Shown: positions 11,399-24,067 of the stretch, one piece after another
How the letters are laid out: every line of letters starts with the position of its first letter
Position numbering within the stretch: the first letter of the stretch is position 1
Origin: Saprolegnia diclina VS20
Lineage: Eukaryota
Length of the DNA: 64,000 nt
Assembly: GCF_000281045.1 (NCBI RefSeq)
Contig: NW_008246088.1
Location: 222,974 to 286,973, forward strand
Reading direction: 5' to 3'
Translations under genes and position numbers: made by a program
Notes under the pieces: generated by a model
Seen by the model: the letters and a program-made list of their open reading frames with translations, nothing else
Told to the model about the DNA's origin: nothing
Databases searched by the model: none

Positions 11399-12779
11399 TC
11401 AAGAGGTTCGGGTCGAGCGAGATCTGGTGCAAATTCGTCTCGGAAATCTCGAGGTCGATGAACGTCGACGGCGCGTCGACAAAGAGCCCGAGCGGCAAGT
11501 CGGTCATGTTGGTGCGGACCATTTGCGCGTACGAGAAGCGCGTCAAAGGCGCAATATTGACCGTCGCATCCCACGAGAGCAGCGTCGAATTGAAGATCTC
11601 GAGGCCAATGAGGTTTGTAAACGCCTGCAGCGACGACGGCATGACAAGGTGCGGGCAATGCGAGATGATGAGAAAGACGAGCGACCGGACTTCGAGGCTG
11701 TCGGTCGGTGGCAGCAAGAGCATACCGTTGACGCCGTCGCACGTCGTCTCGAGCACAGTGCACGCGCACTTGCCGGTGAGCCAGGGGTAGGTCTGCGCGA
11801 GGCACCCGGGCTCGCACGAGGGCTGGCGCAGCGATGCAAAGCTGATGACGAGGACCGCGATCGCCCAAAAGATGCTCGTGATGTACCCAACGACGGCCGA
11901 GAACGAGCACCAGCGCGGCAGCTTGCGGTCGCGCAGCGTCGACGCGCGCTGCAGTAGCACCTTGGGCACGAGCACGAACGTCGTCATAAAGTCCGCGAGG
12001 GCAAAGAGCAAGAAGGCGTGCGTAATCGCAGCGACGGTCAAGTCCAAATACGACGTCGCAAGGACGCTCTGGCACACCGAGACGCCGATGGGATAGAACG
12101 TATCCTGGTACACGATCTTGCTACTGTCCGGGCGCGTGAAAAAGGTGTAGTACGGCCGCAGGATCCACGTTGGCAGGATGACGTTGGCGGTAAAGTTAAT
12201 GCATACGGCCGCGGCAATCGTGTACTGGCGGCGCGCCACGGGCGACGCAAAGCGCCACAGCAGCGGCAAGAGCACGCCGTACGCAAAGAGGACCACTGAA
12301 AACGTCAAGTTGATCATGCTCACGTCAACGAGAACACTGGTGGCGTACGCGCGGTACGTCTGCGACGCTGCAAGGATCACGTGCTTGATCGCGAGCTTGA
12401 GCTCGTAGTAGGGTCCGCGGGAGCTAAAGAGGCGCAGCGTCCGGCGCATTGCGCGCACGATGGGACCGCCGCACGACGAATGCTTGGCTGTGGGTATCGG
12501 CGGCCGGACGAGCCAGATGCACATGCGCACCAGTTGGAGACCATGGAAGATCGCAATCGTAGCGTAGACGGCGACGGTCACGGTCACGGGCTGCAGCAGC
12601 TTGAGCACGCGCACATAGTTGTAGCCGCCGGTAACGTGCTGGAGGTACTGGTGGGCATACGCCATCGTGAAGGCGAATCCGCAAGCAGCAATGTGCATGA
12701 GAAACACGAAGCACCAGAGCACAAGGTGGACGTCGCGCGCGGGGCGGCGAGAAGGCGCGACCTTGAGCGCGCTCGCCAT
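11399..12779 (-). CDS. Oomycete-type multi-TM protein followed by a Cys-rich segment and an LRR-like region; 3' end truncated by the gap
   Basis: Several TM helices, then CLAQTYPWLTGKCAC, LIISHCPHLVMPSSLQAFTNLIGLEIFNSTL and TNMTDLPLGLF...DLEISETNL (LRR-like spacing). Confidence 0.75.
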
Positions 12780-12989
12780 CGCTCTGGGAAAGGTGCTCCT
12801 AAAATTACGTTGCCGGTCGTTTGAAAACGGCAGATCAATTTAAACGAAGGACAGGGCGCCACGTCATGAAACCGCCCACATCGGATGCAAAAGCATCTTT
12901 CGAGAAACGTTGTCATCGGGGGCAATATGACACACAAAGAGTGCAGGCTCGTATGCGCAAACAACGTGCGATTCACAAGCGAGAGGTAG

Positions 12990-13937
12990 CTACATGTCCG
13001 CTACGATGGGGGCCGCGATACTGGCGAGGTTGACCAACCGAGAAGCGTCGCACCGCTGGCGAGGCAGCGTGTCGGCAACGAAAAGGAGTCCCACGACGGC
13101 GCGGTGCGCTGACGAGCTATAGATGGGTGCAGAGGCATAGAAACGAAGATAAGGCGGCGCGTGCACGAGCGGGTGGGACGCGTAGCCGTCACGCAGCGCG
13201 TTCAAAAGCACCGTGACGTCGCCCAGTGCGTGCTGGCCGAGCATACGCTCCGCGTCGAACCTCTCGACGTGCCACCCGCTGCGCGCTTGAACCGTGAGCA
13301 TCCTGTGCGTCGTGTCGAGGCGCGTCACGATGGCAATCGGGCAGTTGTACGCGCTACGCGCCAGCGCCACAAGAATGTCGAGGCGCTCTTCCCGCTGGGT
13401 CTCGAGCTCGTCGTAGGCGGCGAGGGCGCCGAAGGCTTGGCGGTTCGTCGCCGGTGGGCTTGTTGTCGCGAGCATGATACGTGGCGGAAGCTGCAGCGTC
13501 CCTGTAAACTGGAGGTTGGCGTCGGGGTAGTAGTACGGTCGGTCGGCACCGCTCGAGAGCTCGATGCGCGCCTCTGTACTCGCGATCGACTTGCGTCGGC
13601 CGTGGAAGGTGCGAAAGAAGCAGTCCTTGCAGACGCGTGTATGCAGCGCCAACGCATCGGTTCGCTGCTTTCGGGCACTGGGACGCTCGACTGAGACGCG
13701 CTCGGTGCAGGCGCCGCAGGTGACGTTGGCACACTACCTCGCTATCGTCCACGAAAGGCTCCTTGGAGCGAAACGTACCAAGCGGCAGACGTGTGGGTAT
13801 CGAAAGCTCGTAAACAATTTGGCGCAGACAGCACAGTCGTCGCTGTGACGACTCGAGACGTCTTTGATCGGGCGCGAGAGGCGGTCAACCACCGACGCTT
13901 CAACGCCAGCACGCACAATGCTCACGGGCAGCACCAT
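12990..13937 (-). CDS. FYVE zinc finger + GAF domain protein (paralogue 3)
   Basis: CAVCAKLFTSFRYPHVCRL, intron 13734-13778, CANVTCGAC...RVCKDC. GAF motifs YNCPIAIV, HPLVHAPPYLRFYASAPI and VGLLFVADTLPR. Confidence 0.85.
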
Positions 13938-14328
13938 GGTCAATGCACGACGCGTTGAAAAATACAAAATGACGTGCTTCGCGTCACGTCGTAGCTGCCG
14001 TAGTCGAACCGTAGACAGGCCATGATGACGGGACAGACACGCTAGTCGATAGAGCTCAGTATCGTTCGGTGTCCCACACGAGAGGCAGACAGCCTAAGTG
14101 GCTCGCAATGCCAAACGCCAGCGCTCTCAGATCCCTCGCTGCCATTTTGAACGAGGCAGGCTTGATACCCAGCTGGTATGATATAGAGATCCTCCACGAA
14201 CGAACAACGCCACCGACCAAGATGAACATCATTGAGAGATAGACTTCAGCCCCGAGCTCGTTACCGAGCATTTGCATTCGTCCTCGATATTGACGCAGGT
14301 ACAACGACCTACTACTGTAGCATGTATT

Positions 14329-15426
14329 CTACTCGTGACATTTTGGTTCTTCAAGGACGTTGGTAGACACGGCAGCATGGCGCGTCGCCTCAGCGTGCTC
14401 TTGCAGGATACGCTCCAGCGCGGTGGCGACGTGGACGAGCTCGCTGGCGTCGCAGAACGACCGTACGTGCGTGTCGGCGACCATGACTGTGCCGACAACG
14501 TGCCCGCTGAATCGGACCGGCGCACTCGCAAGAAACCGGAAGCTCGCGGGTCCTGTGACCAGCGGGTTTTGACCAAAGCGGTCGTCCAGCGTGGTGTCGA
14601 GGACCACGAGCGGCGTCGGCGATGCAATCGCGTGGGCGCAGAGTGCGACGTCGCGCGCGATCTCGGCCTGTTTGAGGCCGACGCGGGCCTTGAACCACTG
14701 CCGCTTGGCGTCGAGAAAGGTGATTCCTGCGATCGGACACGCATACGTCTTTGCGGCGAGGGCGCAGAGTACGTCGTAGATCTCGGACGGCGGCGTGTCT
14801 AGTATGCGCAGGTCCTTGAGCGCACGCAGTCGCTTGCCTTCGTGGGGCACGACCGGTGGTGGGCACCATTGGTACGGCCACGCCCGCTTCTTGGGCGTAG
14901 TGGACTGTCGGCGCGGCGACTCGAAGGCGGACTTGCGCGTTGGGCGCTGGGGTGGTCGCGCGTTCATACGCGGCTGGTACAGGCGACGCGTCGGCAGGTC
15001 GGGCAGCTCGATCGAGGTTGTCTCCCGGGGTTTCACGGGCGCTGTCTCTGGCGGCGGGATATGATGGTTTGCTCGCTCTGGTGCGTTGAAGTAGGTGTGG
15101 TGGCACTCCGTGCAGACGCGTGCGTGCAAGGGGCCATTGCTATTGCTGTTGGCGGTGGACGGCTGCTCGATAATGAGGTGCTGACGACACGACGCGCAGA
15201 CCACTTGGCCACACTAGCCCAACGCAGCATGAGCTTTGACAGTCGCGGGATGGAAGCGTCGTACCAGGTAGCAGTTGCGCTTCTTCCAGAAGAGCAGTAG
15301 CGACGCCTTGCAAGCGTGGCAGCGGGTGCGGGCGAGCGGGTGCACCCAGTGGTGCCGGTCGACGAGGCGCGCGAGCACCGGTGGTGGCAGTGCGCAATGC
15401 ACCTGCATGGAACTCGATCGACGCAT
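14329..15426 (-). CDS. FYVE zinc finger + GAF domain protein (paralogue 4)
   Basis: WVHPLARTRCHACKASLLLFWKKRNCYL, intron 15214-15264, CGQVVCASC...RVCTEC. Canonical GAF: EGKRLRALKDLRILDT, RQWFKARVGL, CAHAI and DDRFGQNPLVTG. Confidence 0.88.
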
Positions 15427-16509
15427 GGCGAATCAATTGTCGTGTGGTTATCCGCGGGCTCACATGGTTGCCGCAGCGACCGCGTTGACAGAGCCTGCGT
15501 CTGAGACCAGATCTCGCCACTGTTGTTGAAGTGGTATAGACCATTAAGCTATCGAGATCGTTTCAAGCGTTATGGCACTTACTTTATATTATCAAAGCTT
15601 GGGGATAGTAACATGCGACGACATGCATGCAGTCAAGTATGCAAGATCGGGGCGACGTGCTATTTTAATATTCACATTGTCCAAAATACATTCATGTACA
15701 TTATGCCATCAAGTGAAATGGATAAAAATGAGATGGTACGAAAAACAATCGTCGCTGCGAGCCTTGCTCACAGGTAGACGGCGCCACGCCGTAATGGTCG
15801 ACGGCCGCGCTGGCCCCACGGTGCCGATTACTGCCGCCGACGACCCCGCTCCTGACGTCGACGCGCCCGGCGTTGCCCTCGCCTCATGGGTGCCAGCGCT
15901 ACTGTGCATGGCCGAGGCGTGTGGTCGGTCGTCGTACAGTACACAGCACGAGTTTGTAGCTGCTGCGCATGGTGCGATCCTTTGCGGGCGCGTCGTCGCT
16001 TCCGAGCGTGCAACCATGCACATCAACGTCGTTATCTTCGTCACAGCTAACATCTGCAAGGATGGCATCGAGCTCGCAGCAAGAATAGCTCACATGGGCA
16101 CCTACCTCGCCCGTTGGCTAGCCTTGGCTAGCGAGGGCATGCGGTAGCTTCGCCCACCCAGGCCATCTACGCAAGCCATTTGGCATGGCTACACGCAGCA
16201 TGGTCGTCGCCCTTGCGCGCACGTCGATGTTGGGCGGGTCGGCGGAGCGACTGCCGCCGATTGTGGCCGCCATATCCGGAACTTGCCAAGGTTCCGCCGT
16301 TCGTGTATTTTTATCAACGACATTTTAATACGAATACAAAATGCAAGTATAGAGTGAAGATAAAGGAATTGTAGCGGAAGGAAAGTGAATTTAATTGCAT
16401 TCACGATCACATTTTCTCGGTTGCTCCTTGGGACGCACACGACGCAGCCGGCCCCCCGACGTCCGTGTACAGCCCGACCACCTGCCCCTCCGACGACCAG
16501 CGACAAGAC

Positions 16510-17340
<831 letters not shown>

Positions 17341-17600
17341 CGTGGTCCATCACGACGACGACGACGCCTGCATGTTGCGCCTTAGCTTTCATTTTGACCT
17401 TATGTAATGCAGCCGAGTGCATCTTGGTGATCATCATCTCGAGGAAGCGGCGGGCTGAAGCGGCGGCGCCTTTTCACGCTCGCCAGTTTTTTGTTTTCGG
17501 CATGCTGGTTAGAATCGGCACATCTGCCGCAAATAGCAAGCGAACAGCAAGTTTGTTTGTGGCATCATTTTGTATTTTTATTATATATTTTGCGGCTGGC

Positions 17601-18158
17601 ATGTCGAACGCCAACAGCGAGAAGGACCGCGCACTGCAGTCGATCCGTAGCCGCGCCGACCACCTCCGCCACACGATCACGCAGCTCGAGTCGCGCCTCG
17701 CGTGGTACCCGCTGACGCAATGGCCGTACTTTTTGAGCCAATTCCAGGTCATCTCCAAGCAGCTCGAAAACATTATGACGCTCAAGGACGACGAAGAGCT
17801 GCCCGAGAGCATGCACCACTTTGTGTGCATGCCCCGCATGTCGACGCCCAACCCCGCCGACATCCCGCTCTTGCTTCGGACGCGCGAAGACCCAGAGATG
17901 GAGAAGGCGGACGACGAGCTCCTCGCGTCCGAGCGCGTGAACCCGCTCAAGCGCAAGGCCAGCTGGACATGGGAAGAGCTCGAGGGCCAGAAGCTCGCCC
18001 ACACAGACATGGTCGAGACGCTCGAGAAGGCCTTCAAAGAGGCGTCCGACGTGCTTCTGAAAGAGATCCGCGTCGGCAAGTTCCAGGAAAAGGTCAAGCC
18101 CGTGAGTACACAGAGCGCCGTGTACAAGTACATGGAGAGTGGGCAATGGACCAACTAA
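17601..18158 (+). CDS. MED8: Mediator complex subunit 8-like protein
   Basis: Motifs [15 protein letters not shown] and [14 protein letters not shown] resemble the conserved Med8 N-terminal blocks. Single exon, about 185 aa. Confidence 0.65.
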   Translation: MSNANSEKDRALQSIRSRADHLRHTITQLESRLAWYPLTQWPYFLSQFQVISKQLENIMTLKDDEELPESMHHFVCMPRMSTPNPADIPLLLRTREDPEMEKADDELLASERVNPLKRKASWTWEELEGQKLAHTDMVETLEKAFKEASDVLLKEIRVGKFQEKVKPVSTQSAVYKYMESGQWTN

Positions 18159-18230
18159 CGTAACACGACCCCTTCGCCATGATCAAGAAGTGCTCTGATA
18201 GAAGGCAACACGCTCGCGTGTTGAATGAGG

Positions 18231-19616
18231 TTACTGCTGCTGCTCGGTCTGCATCTTGTCCAGGATGGCCTTCATCTCGGCCGCGTGCGTCGTGTTGACG
18301 GTCGCTCGGCGCTGGCGCACGCGCTGGAAGATGATTTCAGACACGCGGTCTTGCATGTCGGAGCACCAGCTTGCCGTCTTTTGGTACTCGACCGCCTGGT
18401 CGACCCAGTCGCGCAGGTTCTGCTCGCGGCGCTCGTCGGCCGGGTGCGTCGACATGAACTCGGGTCCATCGCCATTCTCGCCCTTGAGCGCCTTCATGCC
18501 ACGCCAGACAGACGCCGCCTAGATATCACTCAGTTGTCTTATCCCATCATGTCATCGTTCACCTCGGTCGGGTCGTAGCACGCTGCGGCCATGAGCATGA
18601 GCCCAATGTGGTCGGCCTCGCTCTCGTGCATGCGGCTGAACGGCAGCTGGAGGGCGTACTCGAAGAGCGTTGGGATAAACTTGTTGTCAAGCCCAAAGAG
18701 CGCTACGAGAATGAGGAGCGGTAGGAAGCTCAGCGTCTCGGGGGTGTGCCTAGCACGAGGCGTCAGGTCCTCCCAGTACTGGTGCGAGCAAGACGGACTT
18801 GGCAACGGCGTGGCCAATCTCGTGGCCCACGACAGTCGCGAGCGCATTGTACTTGTTCTTGCAGTGGCCATCTTCGACAAACTTGTCGATGGCGTTGAGG
18901 AGCCCCGTATAAACAAAGATGATGCCGCCTAAGACCTCATACAGCTCCTGCATCGTCTCGAGAGCAAGTACCAGAGTAGCAGCACGCATTGACGTTCGGG
19001 TCGTCGACCAGGAACACTTTCCAGTCGTAGTTGGTCTGAAAGATCTTTTCAGCGACGACGACGAGCCGCCTGCCGTGCAATTGAAGATTCGATTCATACA
19101 AAGAGTAGGCACGTACACGGCCACGTCCTTGACCATGCGGTAGCGCGGGCCGTCTTGGATGATGGTGACGCCCTTGATCGCTTCTTCAGCGTGCTCTGTG
19201 CCCATGGCCTACGATGCGCATGATCGATCGAAGGCCATGGAAACTCGTCGTACGATGATTTCCTCGTTGGAGAAGACGACGACTTGCGTACGCCCCGAGA
19301 TGGGCACCGTGTGCAGGTTCGTGAGGAACTGGTATGCGGCAGCGACCGAGCCGAGGCCAATGAGGCTCCATGCGGTCGTCATGACGAGGCGAGCATGCAG
19401 CGGTGCATCGACTAGGTCGCATGAGATCGAGGAGTCGTGAGTGCACGCACCTTGCGCCTGGTAGAAGGTCACATCGCGCGGCTGCACGACGCGCACCGAG
19501 TAGCTGCCGAACGCTCGCGTCGGCTTGGCCGTCGCCTTGGTCGTCGCCTTGGTCGTCGCCTTGGTCGTCGCCTTGGTCGTCGCCTTGGTCGTCGCCCGGA
19601 CGAAGCGCGCTAGCAT
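18231..19616 (-). CDS. Peptidase M48 (Oma1-like) zinc metalloprotease
   Basis: Spliced: VPISGRTQ, GGIIFVYTGLL, LATVVGHEIGHAVA (HExxH), LPFSRMHESEADHIGLMLMAAACYDP and EFMSTHPADERR. Confidence 0.9.
19524..19595. repeat. 12-bp tandem repeat (cttggtcgtcgc x5 plus one variant) encoding (ATTK)n at the N-terminus of the M48 peptidase
   Basis: Directly visible repeat units. Confidence 0.95.
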
Positions 19617-19949
19617 GTTCGAGGAAGTCGGCAGATGCTCCTGCGTCTTTGGATTGGCTGGTTTCTGCGAGCGTGTCGATCGAAATACCTTGGTGTTTGT
19701 ATGCGCAGCGGGTTGTCACGAACACTATGATTTAGCCGTGGTAGCCACGTTTAAACAACGTAATTCATGGCTGAGGGTATGAATTATCGTGTCGGTGCAA
19801 TATCAGCCACCACTGTAGTACGCAGGAGCCGCAGAGCATTGGGCAACTTGGGCGTGCAAGTAGTCGCCAATTCATGGACAGACGTACTCGCAACGTCGTA
19901 TGTATTACGTATTAAAGAAGGGTTGTTGATATATAAAGAGGGTCGAGAT

Positions 19950-20585
19950 TTACAAAAGCACCGCGAGCCCAACAAGGACGAGCGACGCGACGCTGGCAAC
20001 GATCTTGGAGGCGGCGGACGGCTTGTTGGTGCCCGAGTCCCCGACTGCGTTGCTGCCCGACGCGGTCTTGTTCTTGGAGGCCGTCGTCGGCGACGTCGTC
20101 GGAGCAATCGTGATCTCCGGGTCGCCCTGGCCGGCTGGGCAGATAGCCGTGCAGTTGAAGACGAGCTTGCCGGTCGAGTCGGGTTTGTTTTGCTGCTTGC
20201 AGCTGTTGCACGTGTGACAGATCGACTGGACTTCGTTGCCGGCCGTGATCTGAGGCACGCATACCAGCGGCTCGCTGCAGACGCGCACGGGCGTGTCGAG
20301 CGCCTTGAAGCCCGTGCCAGCGCACTGCTTCCCGCCCGTGCACACGCCAAATTGCGGCACCGTATCCGGGATGTTGGTCGCGTTCTGGCAGTTGGCGTCG
20401 GCCTTGGAGCAAATGCACTGCTTCACCGAGCCGTACACTTGGCACTCAAGCTGGAAACCATTGAGTTTGCCGCACTGCGACGACGATGCGCATGAGCTCG
20501 TGAATTGCAGCGGGCAGCTGCTCGTGCTGTTGGACGTCTGCGCCGCAGCCGCAACAATGAGGGCGCTAAGGGCGAGGAGCTGCAT
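19950..20585 (-). CDS. Secreted Cys-rich protein with Ser/Thr stalk and hydrophobic (GPI-like) C-terminus
   Basis: Signal peptide MQLLALSALIVAAAA, 16 Cys, S/T-rich tail ending SAASKIVASVASLVLVGLAVLL. Confidence 0.85.
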   Translation of the reverse strand: MQLLALSALIVAAAAQTSNSTSSCPLQFTSSCASSSQCGKLNGFQLECQVYGSVKQCICSKADANCQNATNIPDTVPQFGVCTGGKQCAGTGFKALDTPVRVCSEPLVCVPQITAGNEVQSICHTCNSCKQQNKPDSTGKLVFNCTAICPAGQGDPEITIAPTTSPTTASKNKTASGSNAVGDSGTNKPSAASKIVASVASLVLVGLAVLL

Positions 20586-21234
20586 CGTGCTTGAGGGTCG
20601 GTTGAGAAGTGAGACATATACACCGTACAGCGCAGTCTCCTCAATGCATTTGTTCGAATTCGACCGTATCCTAGCTGCATGTGCCATTCGCCGGATGGCC
20701 TCGTTCTGTCGCTGTCGCTCAAGTGTTCGATGGTCGAGGACGCTCCCAGCAGAACGGTTCCATCTCCATCAACACGTGTCGGTGGTTTCGCCATCATCTT
20801 CTGTTCCAGTGTATTTCGGTGTTTGTATGGTCCTTCTCTTCTTCGAGATATGTCTATGACGCTTTGTGCATTCATTTTCTGGTCGTGTGGGAAAGAACAC
20901 CAGGACATCATGCTGCGGCCTTGTGGTTCGTCTTGCTTGTCCGCTCCTTGCCCCCCCCACTCGACCACAATGCCACTACGCATTAGCTGGGTGTAGTAGC
21001 ATTCTCGTATGGAGTCTTGAGGCGAGAGCTTTGCGTCGTCCGCTTCGTACGATCATAAAGGTTCCTCGTCGCCGGCTGCAATCTCGTAACCGCCTGTCGA
21101 CTTCAACATGACGTGGCACCACGAGAGTGCAGCAACAGGTTTGGATAAAGAACATTTTTAAATGCATGGCTGGTATTAACGCACCGAACGACGGGTTCTT
21201 CTTCACTCGGTCTGCAATCGACTAGAACTCGCCT

Positions 21235-22439
21235 TTACATTTGCGTAGCAGGGTTGGCGCCGGCGCACCACGTGACAAGCAGCGCTTCGTCCTTGTGGCA
21301 GCTCTTGGTGTGGACATCGTCGAACGGGTAGAGGTAGGCTTCCGCGCACTTTTCCCACTGGCAGTTGAGCACCTTGGGGCAGTTGAAGGCACCGACTGGC
21401 ATCAAGTCCTGGCGCTCGACGCTCACAGCGACGTTGAAGCCCTTGACCTTGCCGCCCTTGGAGCACTCTTCCCACGAATGCCCGTTGCCGCACTACAAGA
21501 TGATGGCAGTGGATCAGTCTCTCGTGCTGCATGCAGCAACATACGTCCGGCGGGATCGCACTAATGTCGAGCCAGAGCTTGCCGTTGTCGCGTGAGGCCT
21601 CGAAGACTACGTCGTTGATCGGTGAGTCATCGGTGGTGCAAGGTGAACGAATTACGCGTCGCCTCGGCAGACCGGCCAATACGGAACGTCGACCCGTCAA
21701 ACGTGTCACCCTGGACATCGAAGGCCGAGCCCGCATCCATCCACTGGTAGAAGTCGCTGTGGGACTTGCCGCGGCGGAGGGTGTACATCATTTCGATGCG
21801 CTTGCCGCAGTTGTTGTAGAAGCGAAGCGAGCCCTTGTTGAAGGGAGCCTTCGTCGTCGGAGCGGGCGTCGGAGCAGGCGTCGGAGCGGGTGTCGGCGCA
21901 GGCGTCGGCGCAGGCGTAGGCGCTGGCGTCGGTTCCGGCGTCGGCTCCGGGGTCGGCGACGGCGTCGGCACCACGGTCGTCGGCTCGGGCGTGACCTCGG
22001 TTGATTCAGTTAAGTTGTGGCTAATGAGCGTAAAGTTGCTGAGCGAGCCCGTGGTCAGATCCGAGTCCAAATGGCCGTTGTCGACAGGCGTCAAGTTGTC
22101 GGACGTCGTCGCGCCGGTCGAGCCGACAGCGACTTCACCTGCGACCGTCGGTGCCGGCGTGCTGTTGGCAACGTAGCCGCTGCTCGTATCAGCCGCCGAC
22201 GTGCCCGAGCTAGCGCCGACGACGACACCAATGCAGGCGCCAACGACAAGGACACCCGCACCCAAGAGCGTCAGAATCTTTTTCCGCTTGGCGAGCTGCT
22301 CGTTGAGCTCCTCTTCCGGATCCTTATCGTCGCCGAAGCGCGGGTTCCATTCGGTGATGCGCTGCATGGCAGGCGTCGAGTCCGCGTCGGCCGGGACCGG
22401 CGTGATCGAGATGAGCGATGGGTCGCGCGCAGCAGTCAT
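21235..22439 (-). CDS. Thaumatin/osmotin-like protein with N-terminal TM anchor and Pro/Thr stalk
   Basis: [23 protein letters not shown] and (TPAP)n stalk, then [24 protein letters not shown] and [11 protein letters not shown]...SC...VTWC (small TLP-type motifs). Introns near 21.5-21.65 kb. Confidence 0.75.
21855..21975 (-). repeat. Degenerate 12-bp coding repeat (TPAP/TPEP stalk)
   Basis: Repeated ggcgtcggXgcX units on the + strand. Confidence 0.85.
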
Positions 22440-23639
22440 GACTGGGATTGTCAATAGTACAAGCAAGGGGACTTGTGAAATGCAGCATTACGCAAAGTAC
22501 ACTGCAGACGTCCGGTCTCGCTGTGTGTCACAAATTGTCTCTTCGTCTGGTATCCGATGAGCCAATCCGACGCATTCGTGGTCCAACTAAGCGTTATGAT
22601 TGGCGGAGCCTCGCCAAAAGCGGTCTGGATCGCGGCCTGCACCAGATTCCTAGAGTGGTAGAGGCATGCCCAGAGGCGACACTTGGGGTTTGTATGCAAT
22701 CGAGAGCAAAGGTGGAATTGCCAGAAACCAGACAGGTGTGCACGTTGAAGTGGGTTTTCTTCGCATCGACACGCCGGCGTCGTCAGCTGCACTTGGATCC
22801 CCGCCGGTGTGGCCGCGTGCTCGCCGAAGGCTTTGCTGTGCACGTCAAGTGCCCAGACAGGTGCAATTGTTCGCATGCCACCGAGGACGAAGCTCAGAGA
22901 TCCTACACGACCATGGATACCGGATACATATACCGTCTTGTAAGGTCCAACCTAGCTCCTATGGGTGGCAGCACGGATGCTACCGGTACGCCTTCCGTCA
23001 CACGCCCGCTCGCTGCCTAGGCTTGCACGTAGTACTGCCCTGCTGCTACTAGAGCGCGTTGCAATCGCCACACGGCTAGAGGGCTCTCGGGAGCGTAACC
23101 CCGAGTCGCCAAGGCAGTCACACCAACATAAGACGAAGCAACAGCGAGCGTCTTTACGCCATCGACGCCCACGACACCAGGACGTACGTAATGTAGAGGA
23201 GGGAAGGGCTCGCATGGAAGGCGCGCAGTACACAGGTTGCTTCCCGAGCATCGTCAACGACGTCAGAGGCGGGCCACGAAAGATATATACACCAGGAGAC
23301 TAACGTACATATGTGTGAGTCTGCTGACGCTGGTCACCAACACAGGATGGAACGGCATTGGATCAAGCACCGCGTACATGCTTTCGGTAGAGTTCAACAC
23401 GCAGGAATTTCAGTTCCTGGCTATAGAGTTGTTGTATGCAGCGCGCACCGCACATGCTCGGTGCAGCCGTACTAGTACTGCGCAGTACTAGTATACAGCA
23501 ACAAGAGCTAGAGACGCCTAGTCGACGCGGTCGGTCGCATTTGTTCATTTACCCCAGCATTTGTCGCTTGCCCTTTGCACGAGCGGGGTCTGGGCGCGGT
23601 GGACTTACGCATTTTCGCTGCTGCTATTGACGGTAATGC

Positions 23640-24067
23640 GGCATCTCCAGCGGTTGGGTTTATGTTATGCTATATTTGTCCGTTTATGTTCGGATCCGGA
23701 CTTTGGGACCACTTAAAACATAACATAGAACTAGAGCCGGCCAGCGGTCAGGGCTATTTTTAAGCGTCGCAGACTGATGACGCAAACATCTCATACAATG
23801 TTCGGCAATGTTCGGCACTCATATTTTTGGCCAATCATAGACGATGCGTTCAGAAAAAAGCAGCCAATCAGCGAAAAGAGCTGCCTATAAAACTACACCA
23901 AATCCGACCCGCTTTGGGCCAAACCGGGTCGGATTTGGCACCGAGGGTTTATGATTATAGCATAAACCCAACCGCTGGAGACGCAAAGTTTTATGGTGGA
24001 TCTATTTTATTCGGTATCCGGACACATCCGTAATAACATAACATAAACCCAACCGTTGGAGATGCCC
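23640..24067. mobile_element. Non-autonomous inverted-repeat element (MITE-like, possibly PIF/Harbinger-type)
   Basis: Left ggcatctccagcggttgggtttatgttatg (from 23640) and right cataacataaacccaaccgttggagatgcc (24037-24066) form about 30-bp inverted repeats with 1 mismatch. The right end is followed by c-taa. The interior is AT-richer than the flanks, with no credible ORF. Confidence 0.7.

Noticed and set aside
10320..12779. Long ORFs spanning the N run
   Set aside because: Artefacts of translating the gap; the SPFH gene and the TM/LRR gene converge into it.
15572..16147. 191-aa ORF upstream of Rab1
   Set aside because: No recognisable motif and atypical codon usage at its AT-rich start; cannot be supported as a gene.
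20195..20225. CxxCxxC (CHTCNSC / CHTCGSC) as an Fe-S or heme-binding motif
   Set aside because: It occurs in secreted proteins with even Cys counts, so disulfides are more parsimonious; there is no CxxCH or ferredoxin context.
19524..21975. Short tandem repeats as a possible CRISPR-like array
   Set aside because: They are contiguous 12-bp coding repeats without spacers in a eukaryotic genome, and no cas genes are present.
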